In this document: one piece after another, positions 47,641 to 56,952 of the stretch
How positions within the stretch are numbered: the stretch's first letter is position 1
Layout of the letters: every line of letters starts with the position of its first letter
NCBI GenBank assembly: GCA_018715345.1
Contig: DVLT01000038.1
Coordinates: 7,614-71,613 of the forward strand
Direction: 5' to 3'
DNA from: Candidatus Onthocola gallistercoris
GTDB taxonomy: Bacteria > Bacillota > Clostridia > Lachnospirales > Lachnospiraceae
DNA: 64,000 bases
Translations under genes and position numbers: made by a program
The notes under the pieces: generated by a model
Database searches by the model: none
Seen by the model: the letters and a program-made list of their open reading frames with translations, nothing else
What the model was told of the DNA's origin: nothing

Positions 47641-48057
47641 ATGAGGAAAAGGATATCAGCTATTCTAATGACAAGCTTAGTGGCTTTTTTGACAATCAGC
47701 CAGTTTGGGGGAAATGCTTTTGCGGGGAATATTTCAGATACGGAATATTACTTTTCAATTGATTACGCTTTAGACACAAGAGATACACCGGCACGGACAA
47801 AATATGATGATACTTCACATTATATGTATCCAAACCGTTATATTAATCAGTCATATGTTGCTTGGGGAGTTGGATGCGCTTGGAATGGTACTGAAATTGA
47901 AAGTTATGATGAACTTGCGATAACGATTACAGGACCTTACGAATATTATATTCCGAATTATTGTTATGAAAATGATAGACCAATGGCGCGAGTAAGAGCA
48001 TATTCTTATTATGATGATTTATCAGTGGCTGGTGTATGGAGCCCAGATAGTATTTAA
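47641..48057 (+). CDS. Small secreted Tyr-rich protein of unknown function
   Basis: GGGAGGAGAGGA RBS. Sec signal MRKRISAILMTSLVAFLTISQFGGNAFA with predicted cleavage before GN. The mature protein is about 110 aa with 17 Tyr and 2 Cys. The gene is visibly AT-richer than its neighbours. Confidence 0.6.
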   Translation: MRKRISAILMTSLVAFLTISQFGGNAFAGNISDTEYYFSIDYALDTRDTPARTKYDDTSHYMYPNRYINQSYVAWGVGCAWNGTEIESYDELAITITGPYEYYIPNYCYENDRPMARVRAYSYYDDLSVAGVWSPDSI

Positions 48058-48103
48058 CAAAATGTGTATAAAGTATACATATGAAAGTTATAAAAAATCT
48101 GAA

Positions 48104-48124
48104 GGGGTCTTTATTTAAGACCCC
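48104..48124 (+). terminator. Weak hairpin after the secreted-protein gene
   Basis: GGGGTCTT, loop TATTT, AAGACCCC. The T tract that follows is poor (TCTCTG). Confidence 0.35.
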
Positions 48125-48152
48125 TCTCTGAGAAACTGTTGGAGGTGAAATT

Positions 48153-48914
48153 TTGAGAAGAATATGCGGTATATTGGCCGTGGTACTTTCCTTTTTTACC
48201 CTTGGGTGCGCCTGTTCCGCTCCGGCGGACACGGAAACGGAGAGTCCGGCTCAGACCAACTATGTGGCAGAAGCGCATAAAGGGGAGACAACGGACGTGT
48301 TGCTTGAGGACGGCGGGGGGCCCCGGGGGGAACAGCCGGAGGAGATCATGCCGGAAGCAAAGCTGTTTGATCAGGAACAGCAGGTGAGAAACGGTGATAT
48401 CCAGTTGACCTTTCAGACGATCACCTATTATGACAATGTGGACGAATCAGGGATACAGTTGGGTGAAGATGCGGAAAATTACTGGATCCGCTATGATGTG
48501 ATCGATGAATCCGGCCAGTGCCTGGATCATGCGCGTATTGCCATGGCACAGGTAAACATCGCCAACCTGTCGGAGAAGGCGGAAACCATCAGCCTGATGG
48601 AATTTAACCTTCGGTTTTATGAGCCGGACACGGGGAACGCTTCTGTGACACGGGAAGTGGGTTATGCCGATCCGCTCCAGTCCAATGACGATCCAAAGAA
48701 GATGTATGAATATACGTTTGAACCGGGAGAAGATGTGGATTTCACTTTAGGTTATGTATTAAGAAGTGAGGATGTGGAAAGGATGGAAAAGGGAGAGCTG
48801 ATTCCCACCATGGAAGTGAACAACCGGGGATATCTTCCCACAGAGGAGATGACGAAGGATCATCTGGATGAAATGGCTTACATAGAACTTCCGATTCCGG
48901 AGGAAGAACCATGA
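48153..48914 (+). CDS. Putative lipoprotein (LanI-like position)
   Basis: TTG start after GGAGGTG. Signal peptide ending FFTLGCAC (lipobox-like), then an acidic extracytoplasmic domain that looks beta-rich. Confidence 0.55.
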   Translation: MRRICGILAVVLSFFTLGCACSAPADTETESPAQTNYVAEAHKGETTDVLLEDGGGPRGEQPEEIMPEAKLFDQEQQVRNGDIQLTFQTITYYDNVDESGIQLGEDAENYWIRYDVIDESGQCLDHARIAMAQVNIANLSEKAETISLMEFNLRFYEPDTGNASVTREVGYADPLQSNDDPKKMYEYTFEPGEDVDFTLGYVLRSEDVERMEKGELIPTMEVNNRGYLPTEEMTKDHLDEMAYIELPIPEEEP

Positions 48915-49741
48915 GAAAGATGATAAAGACAGAATTGCGCAGGGCCTTCTGCAACCGGACGTTTTTTGTCATCCTCGGGCTTGGGCTGGCTTTTGTCATA
49001 TGGCATACCGTCCAATACAAAATACCCTATACCCGGTCGCTGGGAGTGAGTTATCACGGGGAAGAGCTCTATCCTCATAATGTATATCAGGAATGTATTC
49101 TTGGCAACAGTATGAGTGTTCATGCTTATATTTACAGCATGTGCCTTCCCATATTGGCGGCGCTCCCCTTTGGCGCGTCTGCCTGCCAGGATCGGCAGAG
49201 CGGATACCGGGATCAGATCCTGACCCGGACAAAACGGAGCACATATTACCAGGCAAAATGGATTGCCGCCTTTCTTTCCGGCGCGGCGGCGGTTGTCCTT
49301 CCGATGATTTTTGATTTTATTGTGACCCTGTGGTTTTTTCCGACGCTGCCCGGAGACAGTATGAGCCGTTGGGACAGTGTGGGGATCGATGGGATGATGG
49401 CAGAAATTTATTATCATATGCCCATGGTATATATGCTGGCAAAGTGGATGTTCCTGGCTGCTTTTGGCGGTATTTTCGCAACAATGTCGCTGACTGCGGG
49501 GATGTTCGCAAAAAATATGGTTGTCGTACTGTTGACACCGGTCCTTGTCCAACTTTTATATAATTCGGCGACATCGTATCTGAATGCCCGGAACTGGCAG
49601 TTTATGGCGTATTATACGGTTTATCAGCCGTTGTTTTCCATGCGGCTGTGGAAACCTGTTCTGGTGGGCGGCATCATGCTGCTTATCTGCCTGCTTTTAT
49701 ATTGCCGGAAGGCAAGCGTGAAGGACGCGTTAAATACATAG
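48911..49741 (+). CDS. ABC-2-type transporter permease
   Basis: Six hydrophobic segments. 4-nt overlap with the upstream gene. Immediately precedes an ABC ATPase gene. Confidence 0.6.
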   Translation: MRKMIKTELRRAFCNRTFFVILGLGLAFVIWHTVQYKIPYTRSLGVSYHGEELYPHNVYQECILGNSMSVHAYIYSMCLPILAALPFGASACQDRQSGYRDQILTRTKRSTYYQAKWIAAFLSGAAAVVLPMIFDFIVTLWFFPTLPGDSMSRWDSVGIDGMMAEIYYHMPMVYMLAKWMFLAAFGGIFATMSLTAGMFAKNMVVVLLTPVLVQLLYNSATSYLNARNWQFMAYYTVYQPLFSMRLWKPVLVGGIMLLICLLLYCRKASVKDALNT

Positions 49742-49753
49742 GAGGGGATTCAT

Positions 49754-50419
49754 ATGTATGTGGAGTTGAAAGATGTTTCCAAGCAGATCCGTCGCAGCCC
49801 GATACTGAACCATATAACGGTGGGATTTGAAAAGGGACGCATATATGGCCTGAAAGGAAAAAACGGATCCGGAAAGACCATGCTTTTGCGCATGATCGCC
49901 GGTCTGATCCTTCCAAGTTCCGGCCAGGTGCTGATCGATGGAAAAATACTTGGAAAAGATATGTCCTTTCCTGAGAGTATCGGCATACTTATCGAAAATC
50001 CGTCCTTTATAGGCGGCGAAACGGGGCTTTCCAATCTATCCATTCTGGCGTCTATTCAGAAAAAAGCGGATCGGAAAGATTTGGAAGAAACTCTTGAACG
50101 GGTGGGGCTGAATCCCGGGGATAAACGGATTTACAGAAAGTACTCCCTCGGCATGAAGCAGCGGCTGGGTATCGCGGCGGCGATCATGGAAAAACCGGAT
50201 ATCATCCTTCTTGATGAACCGATCAATGCCCTGGATGACAAAGGGGTGGAAGCGGTACGGCAGATACTGGCAGAAGAGAAGAAACGGGGAGCGCTGATCA
50301 TCGTTGCCTGTCATGATGAGACAGAACTCCGGCTGCTTTCAGATGAGATTTTTTATATGCAGGGCGGAGAGATCACAGACCATGAGATACTGGAGAAGGA
50401 ACGGGAGGATAAGCCGTGA
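49754..50419 (+). CDS. ABC transporter ATP-binding protein
   Basis: Walker A GKNGSGKT, signature YSLGMKQR, Walker B IILLDEP. Confidence 0.9.
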   Translation: MYVELKDVSKQIRRSPILNHITVGFEKGRIYGLKGKNGSGKTMLLRMIAGLILPSSGQVLIDGKILGKDMSFPESIGILIENPSFIGGETGLSNLSILASIQKKADRKDLEETLERVGLNPGDKRIYRKYSLGMKQRLGIAAAIMEKPDIILLDEPINALDDKGVEAVRQILAEEKKRGALIIVACHDETELRLLSDEIFYMQGGEITDHEILEKEREDKP

Positions 50420-50961
50420 GATATAAATATTTGTGGACGGCTGTGGCCGTCATCTTTGCTGTGACCGGCATCATCGCGGCGGTACGGAGCGTACAGCTGA
50501 ACCATCAATATCCCGTTCCCAGGAACGTGATGGTTTCGGAGAATACACCGGCAGAAAAGAACGGATGCGCCATTACAGTGACGGACAGCGTCCTGGAACC
50601 GCTGGCGGATGACATGGAAGATCTGCCTGTGGGCGAACCGATATATATGGTCAAGGCATCGCTGCGGATCGAGAATATCAGTGACTATGACAGCAGCATC
50701 TATCTGACAGATTTCGGATTACAGTCGGATATATGGTATAACCAGATGAGCCGGCACGAGACGACGGTGCTGAATCCGGAACTGGAATCCGCCGTCATAA
50801 CTTTACATCCGGGAGAATCCGAAGAAATCGTGCTTCCTTTTATGATATATTGGGACAGGGGAATGGAAGAAATGGCAAAACAGCTTATGGCGGGCGAGGC
50901 AGATTTGGATCTTGTCATCACTCAGTATCCGGTCAAACGGTTCTGCCGGCTGTCTTACTGA
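50416..50961 (+). CDS. Membrane-anchored extracytoplasmic protein, possibly DUF4352-like
   Basis: One N-terminal TM segment and a C-terminal domain that looks beta-rich. 4-nt overlap with the ATPase gene. Confidence 0.45.
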   Translation: MRYKYLWTAVAVIFAVTGIIAAVRSVQLNHQYPVPRNVMVSENTPAEKNGCAITVTDSVLEPLADDMEDLPVGEPIYMVKASLRIENISDYDSSIYLTDFGLQSDIWYNQMSRHETTVLNPELESAVITLHPGESEEIVLPFMIYWDRGMEEMAKQLMAGEADLDLVITQYPVKRFCRLSY

Positions 50962-50979
50962 CAGAAAAGAAGTGAAAAG

Positions 50980-51615
50980 ATGGGTAATAAAAAGATGATC
51001 TGGCTGCTGCCTGTTTTCGGAGCCATCCTGCTTATGGATATCCATCAACGGGCGGCTACATACAATATATTTTTTGCGTCCGATGGCGTTTTGGGATTTC
51101 TGATCTATCTTTCATCCATGGATACGGCGATTTATCCGATCCTGCTCCTTCTGCCAGCATATTTAAGTGTCCGAAGATATTTTCGGCTTGCTGTGATCAT
51201 ACGGAAGAAACATCGGAAAAGACTGGTATGGGAACAGACCAGAAACCTGATGCTGTTGGCGGGGCTGTTTTCGCTTTTGTATACAGCGCTTGCCTTCAGA
51301 GAAGTTTTAGGTAGACTGTGGCAGCCGGTGCCTGCAGAAGTATGGTTCCTGTTTTTGATCTTTAATTTTTTTAAACAGTCTTTTTTTATGCAGGTTTTTC
51401 TTCTGTGCCGGTGGATCAGCGGACACTATATACCGGGCATCCTTCTGGTGATTTGGTGCTGTGTTGCTGCCGCCCGGACGGCTGTGCCGGCTTTTGTATT
51501 CGGAACGATGGAAAAGACGTTGTTTTTCTGCCTGATTTTTTTGATGACGGATACCTTATTGCTGATACTGAATCTGGCAGCGGGGAAAAGATGTGATTTT
51601 ATTGAAAATACGTAA
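50980..51615 (+). CDS. Polytopic membrane protein
   Basis: About 6 hydrophobic segments. No family recognised. Confidence 0.45.
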   Translation: MGNKKMIWLLPVFGAILLMDIHQRAATYNIFFASDGVLGFLIYLSSMDTAIYPILLLLPAYLSVRRYFRLAVIIRKKHRKRLVWEQTRNLMLLAGLFSLLYTALAFREVLGRLWQPVPAEVWFLFLIFNFFKQSFFMQVFLLCRWISGHYIPGILLVIWCCVAAARTAVPAFVFGTMEKTLFFCLIFLMTDTLLLILNLAAGKRCDFIENT

Positions 51616-52435
51616 AAAAAGCAGCCTGAGCGGAATGATCCGTTATGATATGGCCCAGGGAATATGGAAAAATATCGGCTGGTTTTTGCCGGTGGTTTAC
51701 TTTACTTTCGCGTTCTTTGCGAAAACACGGCAGATGCTGGCTCTGCCCTTTGCCCCTCCGGTGGATAAGATGGGGCTGACAGATCTGGTTTTTTCATTTT
51801 TTGCCGGTATGGAGACATATCATCCGGGTCCCGGGCAGATGTTTGATCCGCCCATCCAGTGGCTGCTTGTCTTTTTTTATCTTTCTTTTCTCATCAGTTT
51901 CTATCCCGCCGCGGATATGAAAAAATATGGGCGGAATCTGATGATCCATGTCAAGAGCCGGGAAGTTTACTGGTACAGTAAATGTCTGTGGGTTTTTGCG
52001 ACAACCATGGTTTATTATGGACTGATCCTGCTTTTGATGGCCATTTTTCTTTTGATGACCGGAAACTATTCACCGGGGTTTCATAAAGATACAGGGGCAT
52101 TTCTGGCCGGTGTGATCGTTGGTCCGGAAACGGGAGCAGAGATTTGTTTTTTCATCCTGGTGACACCTTTTCTGGTCATGCTTTCTTTGGCCCTGTTCCA
52201 GAATCTGCTGAGTTTCGTGCTGTCGCCGGTTTACGGATTTTTGGTCAATATCGGTTTGGTCATCTGTTCGGCGTTTTTTAATACCAGTCTATGCGTGGGG
52301 CAGATTGCCATGTTCAAGAGAAGTTTTATTTTGGGCGGAAGTGTGGGATGGCCCCATCTGGTCATACCGATACTGCTCTCTGTACTCAGCATCCTGGCAG
52401 GCGGTATGTATTTTAAACGAAAAGATATCCTGTAA
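51593..52435 (+). CDS. Polytopic membrane protein (ABC-2 permease-like)
   Basis: About 6 hydrophobic segments. Overlaps the upstream gene. Confidence 0.45.
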   Translation: MILLKIRKKSSLSGMIRYDMAQGIWKNIGWFLPVVYFTFAFFAKTRQMLALPFAPPVDKMGLTDLVFSFFAGMETYHPGPGQMFDPPIQWLLVFFYLSFLISFYPAADMKKYGRNLMIHVKSREVYWYSKCLWVFATTMVYYGLILLLMAIFLLMTGNYSPGFHKDTGAFLAGVIVGPETGAEICFFILVTPFLVMLSLALFQNLLSFVLSPVYGFLVNIGLVICSAFFNTSLCVGQIAMFKRSFILGGSVGWPHLVIPILLSVLSILAGGMYFKRKDIL

Positions 52436-52476
52436 AAATACACATGACCTTTATCTGAAGGCCATGTGTATTTTTA
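52435..52476. terminator. Bidirectional terminator between convergent genes
   Basis: AAAATACACATGACC, loop, GGCCATGTGTATTTT (one mismatch). Flanked by A and T runs. Confidence 0.6.
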
Positions 52477-52493
52477 TTTCCCGGGAAATGGGA

Positions 52494-53012
52494 TCATTTA
52501 CTTGCTTTTTCTTTCAGAAGGATATGTCTGGGAAGTCCGCCGTAACACAGCCGGGTATCTGCGATCCGATAACCGGAGGCGAGCATATTGTTCAGACTGA
52601 AAACATTATCCGGATGGACGGTGCACATATAATACCGGTAGGAGCTGTCCTGGAGCAGTTCTTCCGCCGCAGCCAGCATCCGGGCCTGCAGGTGATGTCC
52701 CCGGGCAGCCGATGTGACAACCGCCGTGTCCATGTGGGCCACAGCCGACAGTTGATCATCGTCCATGTCAAGGAAGCGGCCAAGATTACCGGGATCTGTG
52801 CCGGGAAAATCGATGGCAAAGAAACCGGCTGCATCGCCGCCGTCGGATAAAGCCAGAACAGTAAAGCCTTTGTGGGAGATGTGGGCGCGGATATAGTTTT
52901 CGTCATCAGCCACAAACCAGTCCGGATCAGCCGCGGTGTCCACCGCTTCGGCCATCAGCCGGACAATGGCCGGAATGTGGGATGGGTCCGCTTTCCTAAA
53001 TGAATAATCCAT
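52494..53012 (-). CDS. GNAT-family N-acetyltransferase
   Basis: Length and pattern (IPAIVRLM...VVTSAARGHHLQARML) are typical of the GNAT acetyl-CoA-binding core. ATG 53012 is preferred over TTG 53036. Confidence 0.6.
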   Translation of the reverse strand: MDYSFRKADPSHIPAIVRLMAEAVDTAADPDWFVADDENYIRAHISHKGFTVLALSDGGDAAGFFAIDFPGTDPGNLGRFLDMDDDQLSAVAHMDTAVVTSAARGHHLQARMLAAAEELLQDSSYRYYMCTVHPDNVFSLNNMLASGYRIADTRLCYGGLPRHILLKEKASK

Positions 53013-53243
53013 GTGAAGAAACCTTTCTGTGATCAAAGTGCCTGATCCAGCCAGCAGTCCGCTGGCGCCACAGACCTGATAAATATTTTATCATAATTTT
53101 TGGTGTATTTGGACGGGTGATATTTAAATACCATCTTCCCGTCCGTTGTTTTTCAAAGAACTTCGATTTTTACCAAAATAAATTTTATTTCCCATTTAGA
53201 AGTTCAGGCAGATAATATATGGGCAAGCGGCGCTGTGAAAAGG

Positions 53244-53282
53244 CAAAAAAAGACCCCCAGGTACGCTAAGTTTACCTGGGGG
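53244..53282 (-). terminator. Rho-independent terminator of prs
   Basis: Minus strand reads CCCCCAGGTA, loop, TACCTGGGGG, followed by TCTTTTTTT. Confidence 0.7.
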
Positions 53283-53332
53283 CAGATAGTCATCTGGTCA
53301 TATCAGTCAGATCCTGTTTTAAAACAATCCGA

Positions 53333-54511
53333 TCAGATATGCTGTCCGTAACGTTTCATCAGGGCATGGATCTTATCGTAGGGATCCAGAAGCTCGCTGA
53401 TGGAGTGATCATGATTCAAAGAATCAATGATCAGCGCAGTATATTTACTCATATCAACACTTACATAATATGGGCGGGAAAGCAGTTCCGGTGTCTGATA
53501 GATGCAGTTGGTCGTCAGAACTTTGGAAATGATCCCCTGTTCATAGTATCGGTCAAACTCAGCAAGGCCGTTGGTGAACAGTCCGAAGGTAACGGCCACA
53601 AAAACTCTTTTTGCTCCGCGCTTTTTCAGTTCCTTGGCCACATCCAGCATACTTTCGCCGGAAGAGATCATATCATCGATGATAAATACGTCTTTGCCTT
53701 TCACGGATGATCCCAGAAATTCGTGGGCCACGATGGGATTGCGGCCATTGACGATGCGGGAATAGTCCCGGCGTTTATAGAACATACCCATGTCCACTTT
53801 CAGAACGTTGGCATAGTAAGTTGCCCGGCTCATGGCGCCTTCATCCGGGCTGATGATCATCAGATGATCTTTATCCACCCGCAGATCATCCACGGAACGG
53901 AAGAGAGCCTTCATAAACTGATAAGTGGGCTGAACGCTGTCGAAACCGCTGACCGGAATGGCATTCTGGACACGCGGATCGTGGGCATCGAAGGTAATGA
54001 TGTTCTCAACCCCCATGGAGCGCAGTTCCTGAAGGGCGATGGCACAATCCATGGATTCCCGGTTCGTCCGTCTATGCTGACGGCTTTCGTAGAGAAACGG
54101 CATGATCACGTTGATCCGGCGGGCTTTGCCGCAGGCAGCGGCGATCAGACGCTTCAGATCCGCAAAATGGTCATCAGGTGACATGCGGTTTTCGTGTCCG
54201 CACAGTTTATAAGTGATATTGTAATTTGTGACGTCAACAATGAAGTACAGATCTTTGCCTCGGATAGATTCGTGGATCGTGCCTTTGGCTTCACCGGAGC
54301 CAAAACGGGAACACTTACTGCTGATCAGATAGCTGTCCCGCTGATAGTCCTCGAACAGGATGTTGGAACGGTGTTCACCGGTGCGGTCGTTTCGCCATGA
54401 AACAATGTAATCATTGACTTTTTGCCCGAGGGCGGCACTGCTCGCCAGGGGAATGATGCCAAGCGGTCCCACAGGAATGGTTTCTTTGAAATCGATGCTG
54501 AGCTGACTCAT
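53333..54511 (-). CDS. prs: Ribose-phosphate pyrophosphokinase (long form)
   Basis: DAHDPRVQN and PRPP-binding loop FIIDDMISSGESM. Confidence 0.8.
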   Translation of the reverse strand: MSQLSIDFKETIPVGPLGIIPLASSAALGQKVNDYIVSWRNDRTGEHRSNILFEDYQRDSYLISSKCSRFGSGEAKGTIHESIRGKDLYFIVDVTNYNITYKLCGHENRMSPDDHFADLKRLIAAACGKARRINVIMPFLYESRQHRRTNRESMDCAIALQELRSMGVENIITFDAHDPRVQNAIPVSGFDSVQPTYQFMKALFRSVDDLRVDKDHLMIISPDEGAMSRATYYANVLKVDMGMFYKRRDYSRIVNGRNPIVAHEFLGSSVKGKDVFIIDDMISSGESMLDVAKELKKRGAKRVFVAVTFGLFTNGLAEFDRYYEQGIISKVLTTNCIYQTPELLSRPYYVSVDMSKYTALIIDSLNHDHSISELLDPYDKIHALMKRYGQHI

Positions 54512-54736
54512 TTCTTACCTCCGTAATATGGTTGATGAAGTTAGTATGTATAATAATTGAAAAAACACACATGATCCTGTCCTTCTAAAAAACAGCCGAA
54601 AGGACAGAACCGATAAAGCATTAAAATTATGGACTATATCCCTGATTATGTCAAGAAAATTGTCGAAATTTGGCGCTTTGTGTTTTTAAAATTCTTTTGT
54701 ATGACCTGTACAGCTGTCGGAGTACCTGGATGGCTG

Positions 54737-55753
54737 TCAGGATAAGGCTTTCCGGATGCGGATATCATCGCCCACCAGGAGAAGGATATCATAGTAGCTG
54801 ATGATCCGGGCAAAGATACGTTCGCTATAAATGTCCTGGATCTCTTCCAAAGAGAGATTCGTTGATATGATCGTGGATTTTTTACGAAGCTGTCTTTCAT
54901 TGATACATAAAAACAGCTGGGAAATGGTAAAGGTGTTGGTCATCTCGGTCCCGAGATCGTCGATGATCAACGCGTCACAATCCATCAGCGCGTCAAATAA
55001 TGCGTTTTCGGAAAGATCTTCAGAAGTTTCCGGAGATCCAAAAGTGTGAGTCTCAAATATTTCGATCAATTCAAAAGATGTAAGGTATAATACGGTTTTG
55101 GACTGATCCAGCAGTTCTTTGGCGATACAGTGGGTGAGAAATGTCTTGCCTACCCCGGTCTTGCCATAGATAAAAAGGTTGGAAGGCTGGTCGTCAAAGT
55201 GACGGATAAATTCCCGGCATCGATCCAAAATATCTTCCATATTCCGGCGAGGGCTGATCCCCAGTTTTTTATCTTTTTCCACAGGATAGTAGTCCAGATT
55301 AAATGTGGAAAAGTTCTCTTCTTCCAGTAATACGCCAAGATTGGAATGGATGGCCAACTCAGCGGATACGGCGGCCTGGAAACAACGGCATTTCTGTCCG
55401 TCATGCCAGCCGGTATCCTGGCAGAGGGGACACTGATAGCGCATGTCTGCGTAGTCCTCAGGGAAACCGTACTCCCTGAGCAGTTCTTTCTGCCTGCTTT
55501 GCAAAGTCTCGGTATGCTCCCGGAGAGACGAGATCAGCGCCTGACTGTCGGAAGAAACATTGCCAGCTGTTCCCAGAGCCCGCTGGCGGGCTGCCGATGC
55601 ACAGGCGGCGACAATATCGCTTTCGATACGGCCATATTCAGGGATCTTATCATAAATCTCACGTATACGTATCTGCTGATCCCGGCGATCTTCGGCCTGG
55701 ATCTGATCATAATGGCGCATGATGGCTTGATACAGAGAATTATTTAACGACAT
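54737..55753 (-). CDS. DnaC/DnaI-like helicase-loader ATPase
   Basis: Cys-rich N-terminal region (CPLCQDTGW...CRC), Walker A GKTGVGKT, Walker B LIIDDLG. Confidence 0.75.
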   Translation of the reverse strand: MSLNNSLYQAIMRHYDQIQAEDRRDQQIRIREIYDKIPEYGRIESDIVAACASAARQRALGTAGNVSSDSQALISSLREHTETLQSRQKELLREYGFPEDYADMRYQCPLCQDTGWHDGQKCRCFQAAVSAELAIHSNLGVLLEEENFSTFNLDYYPVEKDKKLGISPRRNMEDILDRCREFIRHFDDQPSNLFIYGKTGVGKTFLTHCIAKELLDQSKTVLYLTSFELIEIFETHTFGSPETSEDLSENALFDALMDCDALIIDDLGTEMTNTFTISQLFLCINERQLRKKSTIISTNLSLEEIQDIYSERIFARIISYYDILLLVGDDIRIRKALS

Positions 55754-55780
55754 AAACGCACTCCTTTATCAGATGAGATA

Positions 55781-56872
55781 TCAATCTTTAGGACGGACGG
55801 AAGCGTGGAGCTTCTCAGCCAGTTTCTTTTCAATATCATCATAATCATATGTACGCTGCTTGAAATGGGTAAAACGGTTGGGAGCCGGAGCCGGTTTTTT
55901 CGGCTGTCCGGCGCTGGATGAAGCCCCGCCTTTCTTTCTGGACTTTTCATGGATCGTATCCAGGACCTTTATATCTTGCATGGAAGAAACCTTCTGATCA
56001 TGCCACCGTGTCAGTATGGAATCGGCATATTTAAAACTGGCTGCATGGGTATTCTGTATGGTCCTGCGGCAGGCTTCGGTGATGATGTCCTGGGTAAAGC
56101 CATACTCCCGGTTCCATCTGCGGATATACTTCAGTTCCTCGTCGGCGAGAAAACGGCCGCTGATCCCAAATGCTTTGATAACGCTCTGGTTCAGCTGGTT
56201 ATAGATCATGCTGCGTTCCTTTGCCTGTTCCACTGTATCGATATGGTCCTCTTTCCAGGAAATGGCCACGGTTTCAATGTAGCTGAACTTCCGATGACCG
56301 CCGGAAATACAATATTCAAATAGATATTCGATCAGATCTGTGGAAAAGCCCAGGTCTTTATAAAAAAAGACGATCGTATTCATCTCTGGCTGGCTCAGGG
56401 GCCGGCCCATGTACTGCTGGATGATGAAGATCAGCTGGTCTCCGTTCTGATGATCCATGAAATCGTTGATCTCGGACATGGGATAGGTGGGCTTGACGAT
56501 CGGACTGTTCCCTGCTGTGTCCCGGGGAACCGGATGGTTTTCACGGGGTGGGGCAGCAGAAGCGTCCGGCGCTTTCAGCTCGATCTGACAGAGTGTACCC
56601 TGATCCCAGGATAAGGCAAGAAGCCCCTTCTTCTCCCAAAAGAGGAGGGCACGCAGGACATCGTTCTCTGTAAGGCAGAAAATATCAGCCATCTTTTCAG
56701 AAGAAATGTCTGCGGATGTATCCTGGCTCCAACGAAGTAAATATAGATAGATCTTTACAAATTCCCCATTGGCATCCGTCATGTCATGATCGATAAAATC
56801 ATTGGAAATGACAGTTGAACCTGACGGTATGCGGTTGGTCAGATGTATGGCGGTCATAACTCCACTCCCCAT
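55781..56872 (-). CDS. DnaD-domain replication initiation protein (Firmicute DnaB/DnaD type)
   Basis: N-terminal winged-helix-like region (FVKIYLYLLRW) and DnaD-type repeats (ELKYIRRWNREYGF). Sits directly upstream of the DnaI-like gene. Confidence 0.7.
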   Translation of the reverse strand: MGSGVMTAIHLTNRIPSGSTVISNDFIDHDMTDANGEFVKIYLYLLRWSQDTSADISSEKMADIFCLTENDVLRALLFWEKKGLLALSWDQGTLCQIELKAPDASAAPPRENHPVPRDTAGNSPIVKPTYPMSEINDFMDHQNGDQLIFIIQQYMGRPLSQPEMNTIVFFYKDLGFSTDLIEYLFEYCISGGHRKFSYIETVAISWKEDHIDTVEQAKERSMIYNQLNQSVIKAFGISGRFLADEELKYIRRWNREYGFTQDIITEACRRTIQNTHAASFKYADSILTRWHDQKVSSMQDIKVLDTIHEKSRKKGGASSSAGQPKKPAPAPNRFTHFKQRTYDYDDIEKKLAEKLHASVRPKD

Positions 56873-56952
56873 TTATTATTAAAGCTGATCCTGCTGTATT
56901 TTGTAAGGTCAGTATAGCACAGATAAAAAAATTTGAGAATAGCCCCGAAAAT

